From positions 1-53,707 of the IMG/VR virus record IMGVR_UViG_3300013132_000064: a stretch of 53,707 bases of DNA; one strand, given 5' to 3'. The stretch comes from a virus (taxonomy: Duplodnaviria > Caudoviricetes). A program made the translations under genes and the position numbers. The notes under the pieces were generated by a model. That model made no database searches, was not told the DNA's origin, and saw only the letters and a program-made list of their open reading frames with translations. Shown here piece by piece: positions 8,700-17,881 of this stretch. How positions within the stretch are numbered: position 1 is the stretch's first letter; each line of letters opens with the position of its first letter.

Positions 8700-11600
8700 T
8701 AGCTATTACTTCTCGGCAAGCCAAGGCGAGCCAAGTCCTTTCTTTGTAGATCCACAATATATCTTCCGATATCTTCCTTAGACATATTCTCAGGAATATT
8801 ATATGTATTTTTTATTTGCACTACTGTAGGGCTACCTACGGCGGCTGCTTGATTCATTGTACCATTTCTTAGTGAATTAATATAGTCTGTATCGTAGACT
8901 CCTTCGGTTCCTGCCCTTAATATTGCTCCAACCTCTTGTCCATAACCTCCAGGAACAGCGCCATTCCAGTCATGGAACTTTCTAATTTCCCCAGCATACC
9001 CTCCCATTGCCATCTTCATAATATCAAATGGTCTCTTTGAGAAATCAGATATCTTTTTAAATCCGACTCCAGCTCCCTCAAAAAGAGATAGAATATCATA
9101 TCCCTTATCCTCTAAAACATTTGCGTATGTATTTCTTGAGTTTGCGGTAATTTTACCCAGCCATCCGCCTCTGTTGACTATTCCTTTTACTCCAACATCC
9201 TTTAGTACATTAGCCAGATTAAACCAAGCATATGGATTTAATCTAGATGTTGTTTCAGCTACAACTTCCCCTGCTGTGCCCTCTGCTTTTAATGCCCTTA
9301 GCAGGTGTTGATAATGCTCAAATTTTCTTCCTGGCAGTGCTAGCTTAGAAGGATTATTTAATGCGGCGCTAACCAATGCTTTGTACGCATCTGGGTTTTG
9401 AGAGAAAATGCTTGGAGCATTATGTCTTAAATCTATTACTTCGCTTGGCTTTAGCTTAGCAAATATTTCATATAGGTTTGATGTTTTGCCACGTGATAGC
9501 AATTCAGATCCAAACATTGATGCAGTAGTAATGTCGTCAGTAGCAAAGAACTTTCCTCCAAGCCATCCACCAGAACCTCCAGATCTGGCTGTGTCTAAAA
9601 TACCTTGCTCTAAATTTCCTCCATGGAACATTCTAGAAGATAAAAATTCCTCTAAAGATTTACTAGATGCAAATCCAGGCATATGCAAAGTATCTTTCAT
9701 TTTTACTGGGTTTCCAGTAAAAGGCAATTCTATTTTTGAAGAAAGCAGGCTTTCAAAGGTGCTTGCTTTGGGAGCCTCTATTGCAGCTTTTGCAACTTTA
9801 CCTGGGCCTGCGAAAGGAATGGCGGCCATTGCAAGATTTGCATAATCTCCCTTAGTTCCACTTCCACGAATTATTTCTGATACTCTTCTAACTAGGTCTG
9901 AAGTCATTAACTTATGCATCAATGGATTATGTATTCCCAGAACTTTTTCTGTGATTCCCAAAGATGCCAAGGCGTACATTTGTAATGCATTTAATCCCTT
10001 GCTAGAAGCTCCAGCAGCCATTCCCATCGCATGAGGAGCCGAGCTATAATTTACTGATCCGCCACCTTTAAGTTTCTTTGCATTTAATGCATCAAAAGTT
10101 TCTTTACCGTAGTGATCTACTGCTGCTGCACGTATTACATATTCCCCATCAGACAAATATGCTGGAATAGAATCAGATGTAGAAGTACCTGGGCCACTAA
10201 CTCCTCCGCCTGGCCCGTAATACTGTACCTGTCCACCAGAAGCCAACCTTTTAACGGTAACCCTATCTCCATTTACACTTGTTACTTCGTAGCGCTTTCC
10301 ACTAGTTGTACTAAATTGCGTTCCTTTAATTGGAGTAATGTCTGCATCTTCTAAAGCCTTTACATTTGTTTGGTAAACTGGAACGCCGCCAGCGCTACCG
10401 CCCTTTATGTTCTTATCATCTAAAGGCTTTTGAGTTGCGCCTGCGAATAGAGCAACTGCAGCAGCGAACGCATCAACAGAAGATTTAAATTGTGCATTTC
10501 CTCCTACTTGCTTATTAAGAGCATTTACAAGGCCCTGCGCCCAACCCATTTGATATACACTATCGCCTTGTCCATATGCGCTACGCATACTTCTTGCCGC
10601 AGTTTGAACTTCTATTGGCGAATCTTCGTCTAACATTTCTGCAAAAATAGTAGAAATTTCTTGTGCGTCTGCTCTACTCATTATATTTTTGCCAAAATTA
10701 CGTAAAGCAATTTCTTCTAATCTATCTCTATAGCTTTCGAGTTGAGCCAAGTCTGCTGCTTTTTGAGTAGCATTTGCTGTTTTGGCATTATAAGAATCTT
10801 GAGCTTGCTTTAATTCTTTTTGCAAATCCTCAATTCTTTTTTCTAACTTATCAATTTTTGTATCATAAGTATCATTAATCTTGTCTCTAGTAAGCTGTCT
10901 TTGTCTATCTGCAACTAATTTTTCTATGGCCAGCTGTTCTTGTGCTGCAAGAGCTAGGTCTCCTGTGGCTACTGCTTGACTGTATCTAATTTGTGCTTGA
11001 GATAACTGGACCTCATACGTTTGGGCCTGCTCTTGAACATCTAGAGCTTTAAGCCTTGCAGCCCTTTCTTCTTGCAATGCTTTTATTGTTTTTTGAATAT
11101 TGTCTATTTTATTCTTATAATAATCTTCGTCAACCTTTTTTAATTTAGCAACTACGTCCTTGGCATCTTTAGCCTCTTTCTTAACTCTTGCAATTATATT
11201 GGCCAAAGGTAATAGTGGGTTTTTAGATCCTTTCGATGTATCTTCAGTAACTGAATTCATAACATTCTGCACAATTGCCAAATTCTTTGCAAATGCTGCT
11301 GCCTGCTCTGCCCCCATGGCAGCTAAGTTTACGATTTCTCCAAATCCAGCCTGATAAAGCATTATCTTTGCTGTAATGCTTTCTATTGTTTCCGCTGCTC
11401 CTAGTATTGCACTATAAATTATATTTTCATTTTTTAACGCTTCAAGATTATCTTCAGATATTTCTTTTTGTGCGCCCTTCATCTTGGAAATTTTTTCCAT
11501 AGTTAATTCAAGGGCATCTGCTTGATCTAGAATATTTTCATTTTCATCTTTTGTTCCTACCAGAGCATCCTTATATATAATGATAGAATTTAATAAAGTG

Positions 11601-14600
11601 TCTAGGCCTCTGTTGAATTCTTCTGCATTGAAGTCTTCGCTCTCCAATTCATTTTTAAGAGCTTTAATAAGCATAGAGATTCCGCTTACAGAATCTGATA
11701 TTGAGGTAAAGTCTTTTGATGTAATTGCAGCTAAAGCCTGTCCCGCCTTTTCTGAAGCTCTAATAATTGCATATATTTGATTTGTAGCTTCTTGGGCCGA
11801 CATTCCCATAGCAACAAATTGAGCCTTAATTTGTGCAGCATATTCAACGACTCTACCAGAGTCTATGTTGTTAAATGCCTCTACATAATCTTGTTGATTT
11901 TCTTTAGCATTTTTTATTGCGTCTCTTAACTCTTTTATTGTAAGAGTTAAACCAGGGGTTCCTGTTCTTGTGTAAGACTGGTAAGTTGATTTTACTTTAG
12001 CCCTATGTAATTCTAGCTTTTCATTTATGTCTTTAATACGATCAGACATCTCTTTATATTTTTTAATTCCTACTGAGCTAAATGAATCTTCAGTTCCGCC
12101 AAAAGCTAATCTATTTGCTTTTCCTGCTTCCTCTGCCGACTTTTTCCAGGAAATCAGTCCTTTTACAATTAAGGTTATTGCAGTAATGACTAGGCCAGGA
12201 ATGGTCAAAGATTTAAGTATTTTAAATAATCCTCCAGCAGAAGTAGATGCAGCTTTTAATCCCATGATAATTTGTGGCAAGAAGGAGCCTGCAATTCCTC
12301 CTACAATTGAACCCATTGAGCCGAAAGAAGATCCAACCATACTTCCGCCAAGTCCGCCAACCATTCCATATCCAAGCATTCTTCCCATGCCCATGCTCTT
12401 TGGTCCTGGCCCAGGGACAACATTGCCGTTCTGTATATTTAAAGGCATGGAGGTTGGGCCTGGAAGATATCCAGACATTCTTAATCTATCTGATATGCGT
12501 GGCCTATAAGATGTGGAAGGAGGAGTTACAATTGGTGTTGGATAAATTGGAGTTCCACCAATACCCATAGTTGCTTGACTTGCTCTTCTATCTGTTACTG
12601 TATATCCTGGTCTTTGATTATCTCCATAAAATCTTCTTCCTCTTCTGACCGTTCCGCCAGCACGAGTTCTTCCAACCCTTCCGCCTCTATTAAAGCTGTG
12701 CTGAGCGGCCTTTTGATAAGAAGAATACAAAGCACTAATTTCTCTTGACATTGCATCATCAACTATATTTCCCCACTTAGTTTCCGATAATGGCTTATCT
12801 CCAAGCTTTGTCATTGCTTTATTTACTCTGCCTAGAGTACGTGATGCTGCTCTATATGCTACCTTATACGGGACTCCTGAATTTGTTAGATGAGAAATTA
12901 AAGAAATTAAATGTTCTGGACGTCTTGATGATTGCAACCACATATTTCCTGTGGCTGAACCATTTCTTAAAGCAGCATTAAAATCTTTAGTAATTGTTAT
13001 TAAATTATCTGGCAGCAATTGATATTTTTTAGATGCGGTTGCTCCGCCTGGCATAGTTCCAAATCTTTGTTGTATTTGAGCTCCTGTTAATATTCTGCTG
13101 GATCCTTGCATTGGGAATCCAGAAAGAGATCTTAAAAATCTACTAGTTATTACATGACCAAGAACTTCATTTTGATTACGCTCTCCAAATCTTATTGAAC
13201 TATCCCAAGCAGATCCAGATCTTCTATATAAAGCATGATAAGGAGTCGGACCGTATGCTACCCCTGGATCAAATACTCTTGGAGAATTGCTTGATCTGCT
13301 GCCAGATGCACCTGTGTCATAAAATCTTCTTGCTCCACGGGCTATATTTGGATTCCATTGAGTTAGTCCAGATAAAATTCTTTGTATCGCACCACCAGCA
13401 AATCTATTTTGAACTGGAACAACCATTGCTCTACCTTCATTAAGAGCTCGCATTCCATCTGGATCCTGTTGCGCTACATCTTTGCGGATAACAAATTCTC
13501 CTGGAGTAAGCATTGCAGGAACTACATCTGCATTTACATTAGGACCTGGAACCTGGTCTCCGTCATTATAAAATACCTTTCCGCCATCATTAAATTTAGG
13601 AAGTCTTGTTACTTCTATAGAGTATGGTGCTCCGTAAGTTCTTATTCCACGAAGACGGCCAAACTCTTCGAGCACTCCACGACTAGACCCCCTCTTAAAC
13701 ATATCTCGTAAATTATATTTGCCTGAAGGGTCTGTAGCAGGTTGATCTATTAGTGGAGCTTTTCTAGGATCAAACGGAAGTCCACGAAGAGCTGCGTATT
13801 GAGCAAGCTCTGCAGTCATTTCTGCATCTATTTGAGCATTAAGCGCAAGAATTCTAGCTCTAGCTTGGTCTACAGTAATTTTAGCAGCACGAAGCTCTGC
13901 TACTATAGCTGCAGATTCATTAGCAGCTTTTGTTGCAAATTTTGATGTTATGGGCAAAAGATCATCATATGTATTTAAAAGATCGGAATTTATTGTTCCG
14001 CCAAGAGCAACTGTTTTCTTGATTACTTCAACTTCTTGTTGAGTTCTCATAGAAAGTGTTCCCATTAATGCATGGAATTTTGCTGCTTCTTGAGAAACTA
14101 TTCCTGTTGAAACTCCTCCAATAGAAGTTAATCCTTCTATATTAGGAAGCCTATCATGCATGTAAATTTGTGGCGCTGCGCCTATTCTTTGATTTACTGG
14201 AATAGCTCCTGGAACTACTCCAAATATTCCACCAGAAGCAAATCCGCTCTTTCTTGGATTTATATGAGAGAACGCTCTAGTTCCTTCTTCTCCAACAAGA
14301 GGATGTGTCGGATCCACATATCTTCCAGAACCGCCAGGCATAAGAGTACTTCCTGCTAATGTGCTTATTGCTGGGCGGACAGATATGTTTCCATTATTTA
14401 CTGCAGTTTGTAAAAGATTAAATTCATCTACTAAATTTCTTAATGCTTGTTCCAATATAGCTGCAGCTTGAGCATCGCTATAGAATGTGTCTCCTAGTGT
14501 CTTGGCTGCATGCTGTGCTGCAATAATTTCTGGGGTGAGCATCTTCCAGCCCTTAGATCCAGCAAACAAGGATTTTAGATTAGTTGCTCCTTTTAATATA

Positions 14601-16294
14601 TATCCAGCAAAGTTTGCCAAAACACCAGTTAGCATAATTATTGGTCCAGCAATTGCTGTAAAGCCAGCAAAAGCAGTAATTAATTTTTTAACAGGATCTG
14701 GTAAGCGATTTAAAAACTTTAAAAGCTTTGTTACAATATTTATAAATTTTGTTCCTATATCAAGAAACTCTTCTCCAAGCGTTGACATTTCTGCTTTTAA
14801 AGATTCTATGGCTCTTCTGTATTGTCCAGAAGCTGAATCGGTGACTGCTGATAATTCTCGACCCGCCAATTCCTCCAAGTCTCCAGCACTTGCTTTCATT
14901 AAATCTAAAACTTGTAAGGTTTGGCTGCCTTGCTTTCCAAGGTTTTCAAATAACGCATTTAGTCTTGAAAACTGAAACTTACCAAACAATTGTTCAATAG
15001 CCTGTTGCTTAGATAAAGGATCTAATTTATCTAAAGCTGCTTGTAATGCGAATAGGGTAGCGGTTGTATCTCCAGCATTATTCTTTACTATTCCTAATAA
15101 ATCTATTCCGAATCCTTCAAACTTTTTTACCGCCACATCTGTTGGGTTAATTAAAGATGCCAATGCTGACTTTAAAGCATTTGCTCCTTCAGATGCATTA
15201 ATACCGCCTTCACGCATAGCTGTTAAATAAAGAGCAAGATCTTGTATACTTCCGCCCAATCCTTTAATTACTGGTCCAGCTTTTGGAATTGCTTCAACAA
15301 GATCATTTAGCGTTGTTGATGTTTGGTTTTCAACTGCGTTTAAAAAGTTGATAGATTCAGATAGCTGATCTGTGTTTTGCTTAAATGCACTCTGTATAGC
15401 TAGAGTTGCTTTCATAGCTTCTTGACGATCTACTTCGCCAAGTACAGCAAGCCTTGTTGTTTCTTTTAATGAACCTAAAAGATCTTCGCCAGTTTTCCCA
15501 GTAGCTGCGATATCAGCAGCCAAAGAAATGGTTTCTTTAAAGTTAACCCCCATGGTTGTTGCTAATTCTTTAGAGGTCTTTGTTATTTCCGCTCTTACAG
15601 CTCCAAGCTCTTTTGCAGTAGTGCCACTTACATCTCCATAAACCTTAGTAAGTCTTACAAGCTCTTGATCGGCTTCTCTAAATGCTTTAGCAGCCGCTGC
15701 GCCAAATGCGGCAATAGGAACTGTTAGTCCTACCGTTAACTGACGTCCAGCCCACTGAGTATTCTTACCCCAGTTGATAAGAGAGGTGGCGCCTTCATTA
15801 ATTGCACGATTCATTATTTGCAATTCCATGTTGGCTAGTTTTGTTTTATTTTTTATTAAATCCAGTCCTCTTGGAATATGAACTTCATACTGCATGAGGC
15901 CTTGAGCATTTCTGCCCAATGGTTGCATAACAGCATTTTGTAGCATTACTTGCTGTCTAGCTAAGTCTCTTATTAATCCGCCACTTGTTTTAGCATGTTG
16001 CTGAAATGCTGAGTAAAAATCTCTAAGCTTTAGTCTTCCAGCGTCTAATCCTTTTCCAAATTTTTCTACATCGGAATGTAAAGTAACAAAGTGAGACCCG
16101 AATTGCCCAGTGCTTCTTAGGGTTTCTCCAAATGAATTGTTTATTACTTTTACTTGAGATGCTACTGTTTTACCAGCAGAAGATAAACTTTGCTGAAGGT
16201 TTTGTAAACTAGCCGTAGCCCTGTGCACTTCAGACACAAGGCTAGACAGATCTGCTCTGGCGACTATATTAGTTATAATCTGCTCGTCGGCCAT
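8699..16294 (-). CDS. Tape measure protein (2531 aa) with internal cargo-like domains
   Basis: TP901-type TMP core (Ala/Leu helical; ETTRLAVLG, GINASEGANALKS), hydrophobic segments, coiled coils and a GPGTSTSDSIPAYLSDGEYVI motif; follows the tail chaperone genes. Confidence 0.95.
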   Translation of the reverse strand: MADEQIITNIVARADLSSLVSEVHRATASLQNLQQSLSSAGKTVASQVKVINNSFGETLRSTGQFGSHFVTLHSDVEKFGKGLDAGRLKLRDFYSAFQQHAKTSGGLIRDLARQQVMLQNAVMQPLGRNAQGLMQYEVHIPRGLDLIKNKTKLANMELQIMNRAINEGATSLINWGKNTQWAGRQLTVGLTVPIAAFGAAAAKAFREADQELVRLTKVYGDVSGTTAKELGAVRAEITKTSKELATTMGVNFKETISLAADIAATGKTGEDLLGSLKETTRLAVLGEVDRQEAMKATLAIQSAFKQNTDQLSESINFLNAVENQTSTTLNDLVEAIPKAGPVIKGLGGSIQDLALYLTAMREGGINASEGANALKSALASLINPTDVAVKKFEGFGIDLLGIVKNNAGDTTATLFALQAALDKLDPLSKQQAIEQLFGKFQFSRLNALFENLGKQGSQTLQVLDLMKASAGDLEELAGRELSAVTDSASGQYRRAIESLKAEMSTLGEEFLDIGTKFINIVTKLLKFLNRLPDPVKKLITAFAGFTAIAGPIIMLTGVLANFAGYILKGATNLKSLFAGSKGWKMLTPEIIAAQHAAKTLGDTFYSDAQAAAILEQALRNLVDEFNLLQTAVNNGNISVRPAISTLAGSTLMPGGSGRYVDPTHPLVGEEGTRAFSHINPRKSGFASGGIFGVVPGAIPVNQRIGAAPQIYMHDRLPNIEGLTSIGGVSTGIVSQEAAKFHALMGTLSMRTQQEVEVIKKTVALGGTINSDLLNTYDDLLPITSKFATKAANESAAIVAELRAAKITVDQARARILALNAQIDAEMTAELAQYAALRGLPFDPRKAPLIDQPATDPSGKYNLRDMFKRGSSRGVLEEFGRLRGIRTYGAPYSIEVTRLPKFNDGGKVFYNDGDQVPGPNVNADVVPAMLTPGEFVIRKDVAQQDPDGMRALNEGRAMVVPVQNRFAGGAIQRILSGLTQWNPNIARGARRFYDTGASGSRSSNSPRVFDPGVAYGPTPYHALYRRSGSAWDSSIRFGERNQNEVLGHVITSRFLRSLSGFPMQGSSRILTGAQIQQRFGTMPGGATASKKYQLLPDNLITITKDFNAALRNGSATGNMWLQSSRRPEHLISLISHLTNSGVPYKVAYRAASRTLGRVNKAMTKLGDKPLSETKWGNIVDDAMSREISALYSSYQKAAQHSFNRGGRVGRTRAGGTVRRGRRFYGDNQRPGYTVTDRRASQATMGIGGTPIYPTPIVTPPSTSYRPRISDRLRMSGYLPGPTSMPLNIQNGNVVPGPGPKSMGMGRMLGYGMVGGLGGSMVGSSFGSMGSIVGGIAGSFLPQIIMGLKAASTSAGGLFKILKSLTIPGLVITAITLIVKGLISWKKSAEEAGKANRLAFGGTEDSFSSVGIKKYKEMSDRIKDINEKLELHRAKVKSTYQSYTRTGTPGLTLTIKELRDAIKNAKENQQDYVEAFNNIDSGRVVEYAAQIKAQFVAMGMSAQEATNQIYAIIRASEKAGQALAAITSKDFTSISDSVSGISMLIKALKNELESEDFNAEEFNRGLDTLLNSIIIYKDALVGTKDENENILDQADALELTMEKISKMKGAQKEISEDNLEALKNENIIYSAILGAAETIESITAKIMLYQAGFGEIVNLAAMGAEQAAAFAKNLAIVQNVMNSVTEDTSKGSKNPLLPLANIIARVKKEAKDAKDVVAKLKKVDEDYYKNKIDNIQKTIKALQEERAARLKALDVQEQAQTYEVQLSQAQIRYSQAVATGDLALAAQEQLAIEKLVADRQRQLTRDKINDTYDTKIDKLEKRIEDLQKELKQAQDSYNAKTANATQKAADLAQLESYRDRLEEIALRNFGKNIMSRADAQEISTIFAEMLDEDSPIEVQTAARSMRSAYGQGDSVYQMGWAQGLVNALNKQVGGNAQFKSSVDAFAAAVALFAGATQKPLDDKNIKGGSAGGVPVYQTNVKALEDADITPIKGTQFSTTSGKRYEVTSVNGDRVTVKRLASGGQVQYYGPGGGVSGPGTSTSDSIPAYLSDGEYVIRAAAVDHYGKETFDALNAKKLKGGGSVNYSSAPHAMGMAAGASSKGLNALQMYALASLGITEKVLGIHNPLMHKLMTSDLVRRVSEIIRGSGTKGDYANLAMAAIPFAGPGKVAKAAIEAPKASTFESLLSSKIELPFTGNPVKMKDTLHMPGFASSKSLEEFLSSRMFHGGNLEQGILDTARSGGSGGWLGGKFFATDDITTASMFGSELLSRGKTSNLYEIFAKLKPSEVIDLRHNAPSIFSQNPDAYKALVSAALNNPSKLALPGRKFEHYQHLLRALKAEGTAGEVVAETTSRLNPYAWFNLANVLKDVGVKGIVNRGGWLGKITANSRNTYANVLEDKGYDILSLFEGAGVGFKKISDFSKRPFDIMKMAMGGYAGEIRKFHDWNGAVPGGYGQEVGAILRAGTEGVYDTDYINSLRNGTMNQAAAVGSPTVVQIKNTYNIPENMSKEDIGRYIVDLQRKDLARLGLPRSNS

Positions 16295-16300
16295 TAGTAA

Positions 16301-16669
16301 CTACTCCTTAGAATAACCTAGTCCCATTCCGATTCCGAATCCAGCTTCTGATGCGAACACTCCTTGTAGCGAAACGATATCTTCTCCGTCTGCATCTACC
16401 CCCAGTGCTCTTCTTCTTACATCCTCGAAGGTGGGACCTGTTTTCTCTGCATTATCATCTAAAGATATACCTTTAAGTGATGCTGCAAACTTTCTCTGGT
16501 TTTCTTCCTTCTCCCTCATTGATGTCAATGTTTGAAGAAGTTCTGGCATTGATAGCGAATCCTCTAGGTCTTCGTAATTTTTCCAATGACCTAAAAGAAA
16601 CACTTCGCCTTCTAAAGCGGCTAGATCTAGTTCTGACCAGCCAGAACCGCTGCCGCTAGAAGGTTTGGG
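16301..16669 (-). CDS. Tail assembly chaperone, gpT part (made as a G-T fusion by -1 frameshift)
   Basis: This frame is -1 relative to the upstream chaperone and is open from the slippery site (PSSGSGSGWSELDLAALEGEVFLLGHWK...); lies just before the TMP. Confidence 0.8.
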   Translation of the reverse strand, partial: PKPSSGSGSGWSELDLAALEGEVFLLGHWKNYEDLEDSLSMPELLQTLTSMREKEENQRKFAASLKGISLDDNAEKTGPTFEDVRRRALGVDADGEDIVSLQGVFASEAGFGIGMGLGYSKE

Positions 16670-16959
16670 TCGTCCATCTTAATCCCTCCACACACTTCTA
16701 GTATGCGATTGATTGTTGGAACGTCCAATGCGTCTTCCAATGTTTCTCTATCTTTTACCAAATCTGGTAGTTGTTTTTCTAATGCAACTGCACACGCATC
16801 TATAAGAATTGTTAATGTTTCATCTTCTGTCTGTGATGTTGCTGTTTTTTGAATCGCCGCCATAAACTTGCGGAGTTCCTTAATTGATAGCGGCTTAAGT
16901 TTAACCTTAGCGCCATTTTGTAGTTCGATTTCTTCTACGTTATATACTGTAGTAGCCAA
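16627..16959 (-). CDS. Tail assembly chaperone (gpG-like)
   Basis: Between the major tail gene and the TMP. Start reassigned to TTG at 16959 (MATTVYNVEE...) because AGGAGG lies just upstream. Confidence 0.85.
   Translation of the reverse strand: MATTVYNVEEIELQNGAKVKLKPLSIKELRKFMAAIQKTATSQTEDETLTILIDACAVALEKQLPDLVKDRETLEDALDVPTINRILEVCGGIKMDDPNLLAAAVLAGQN
16663..16669 (-). other. -1 programmed ribosomal frameshift heptamer C CCA AAC
   Basis: X XXY YYZ heptamer in the correct phase (GAC CCA AAC, D-P-N); the -1 frame has a TAA just upstream and stays open downstream. Confidence 0.8.
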
Positions 16960-16985
16960 TTTATCCTCCTTGGATAGTCTCAATT

Positions 16986-17014
16986 ATTATAACATATAGA
17001 TATTAAGGAGACAA
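16986..17014 (-). promoter_or_regulatory. Sigma70-type promoter TTGTCT-N17-TATAAT (with extended TG)
   Basis: -35 at 17009-17014, 17-nt spacer, -10 at 16986-16991; immediately after a terminator. Confidence 0.75.
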
Positions 17015-17016
17015 AC

Positions 17017-17040
17017 GAAAAGCCCCCATTTCTGGGGGCT
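17017..17040 (-). terminator. Intrinsic terminator after the major tail gene
   Basis: AGCCCCCA-GAAA-TGGGGGCT hairpin followed by TTTCGTTT. Confidence 0.85.
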
Positions 17041-17061
17041 CCCGTGACTACCTAAAATAAA

Positions 17062-17760
17062 TTAGGCTGGTGTCCAAGTACGATCAATAATCTTTCCGTA
17101 CTCTGATCCAGAATAATTTGAATCTGGGAGCAAGCGGAATGTTACTGGGAAAGTAGTTGGTGTATTACGAGCAAGGGTGAATTGTGACTGTTGTACAGAC
17201 AAAACACGACGTGCGTAATAAATGCGCTCTGAGTAAGTTGAAGCTTCTGTTGGAGCTTGTCCTATACCGATAAGCTGACGCTCTGTTGGCTGAACGCCAA
17301 GAGCACCTGCCTCAAGTCCTAGAACCTGTGATCCTGCTGAACCTGTAAGCGTTGATTGTGCCTGTCCAAAAACAACTAGAACGTTTTCTAGTGTACCTTC
17401 GGACAATTCTGTTGCAATCATAACCTCCATCGCAGACTTAAATAGCTTTGCTGTATCAAGCAACTGGTCAACAGTTACTGAATCGTATGTTGGGTTATAA
17501 GTGATCTGAAGACCATTGTTTGTAAAACCTACGTTACGATATGAGTTATCTGCACCTTGCGCTGCGTCTAGTGTTACACGATATGAAGCAGCACTGTTGT
17601 ATGCTGGTACGCCATTCTTAGCTCCAGAAGTAGCAGTACGTGCTACGCCTGGCTCAGAGTTTTCAACCTGTGTAGCATAGTTAGCGGTGGTGGAATCACG
17701 CTGTGTGATGTAAAGCGGTGAAGCACCGACTAGAATTTGCTTGGCTGAGTTAAATGCCAT
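17062..17760 (-). CDS. Major tail (tube) protein
   Basis: VGFTNNGLQITYNP...VDQL...TELSEGTLEN and PVTFRLLPD motifs of siphovirus tube proteins; strong SD (AGGAGGT), own promoter and terminator. Confidence 0.85.
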   Translation of the reverse strand: MAFNSAKQILVGASPLYITQRDSTTANYATQVENSEPGVARTATSGAKNGVPAYNSAASYRVTLDAAQGADNSYRNVGFTNNGLQITYNPTYDSVTVDQLLDTAKLFKSAMEVMIATELSEGTLENVLVVFGQAQSTLTGSAGSQVLGLEAGALGVQPTERQLIGIGQAPTEASTYSERIYYARRVLSVQQSQFTLARNTPTTFPVTFRLLPDSNYSGSEYGKIIDRTWTPA

Positions 17761-17788
17761 TGTTTCTTACCTCCTGTATAAAGAATAC

Positions 17789-17802
17789 ATATATATATAT
17801 AT
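17789..17802. repeat. (AT)7 dinucleotide tract in the major tail gene leader
   Basis: atatatatatatat read directly from the sequence. Confidence 0.9.
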
Positions 17803-17851
17803 TTTTTCAATCTGTAAATCTTGGCTGGCTAGGCCCTTTCCTCTATGTCTA

Positions 17852-17880
17852 ATTTTAGACTAAAAAGGGTCATAAGGCAA
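17852..17880 (-). promoter_or_regulatory. Sigma70-type promoter TTGCCT-N17-TAAAAT
   Basis: -35 at 17875-17880, -10 at 17852-17857; same hexamers as the promoter at 23525-23553. Confidence 0.75.
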
Positions 17881-17881
17881 A

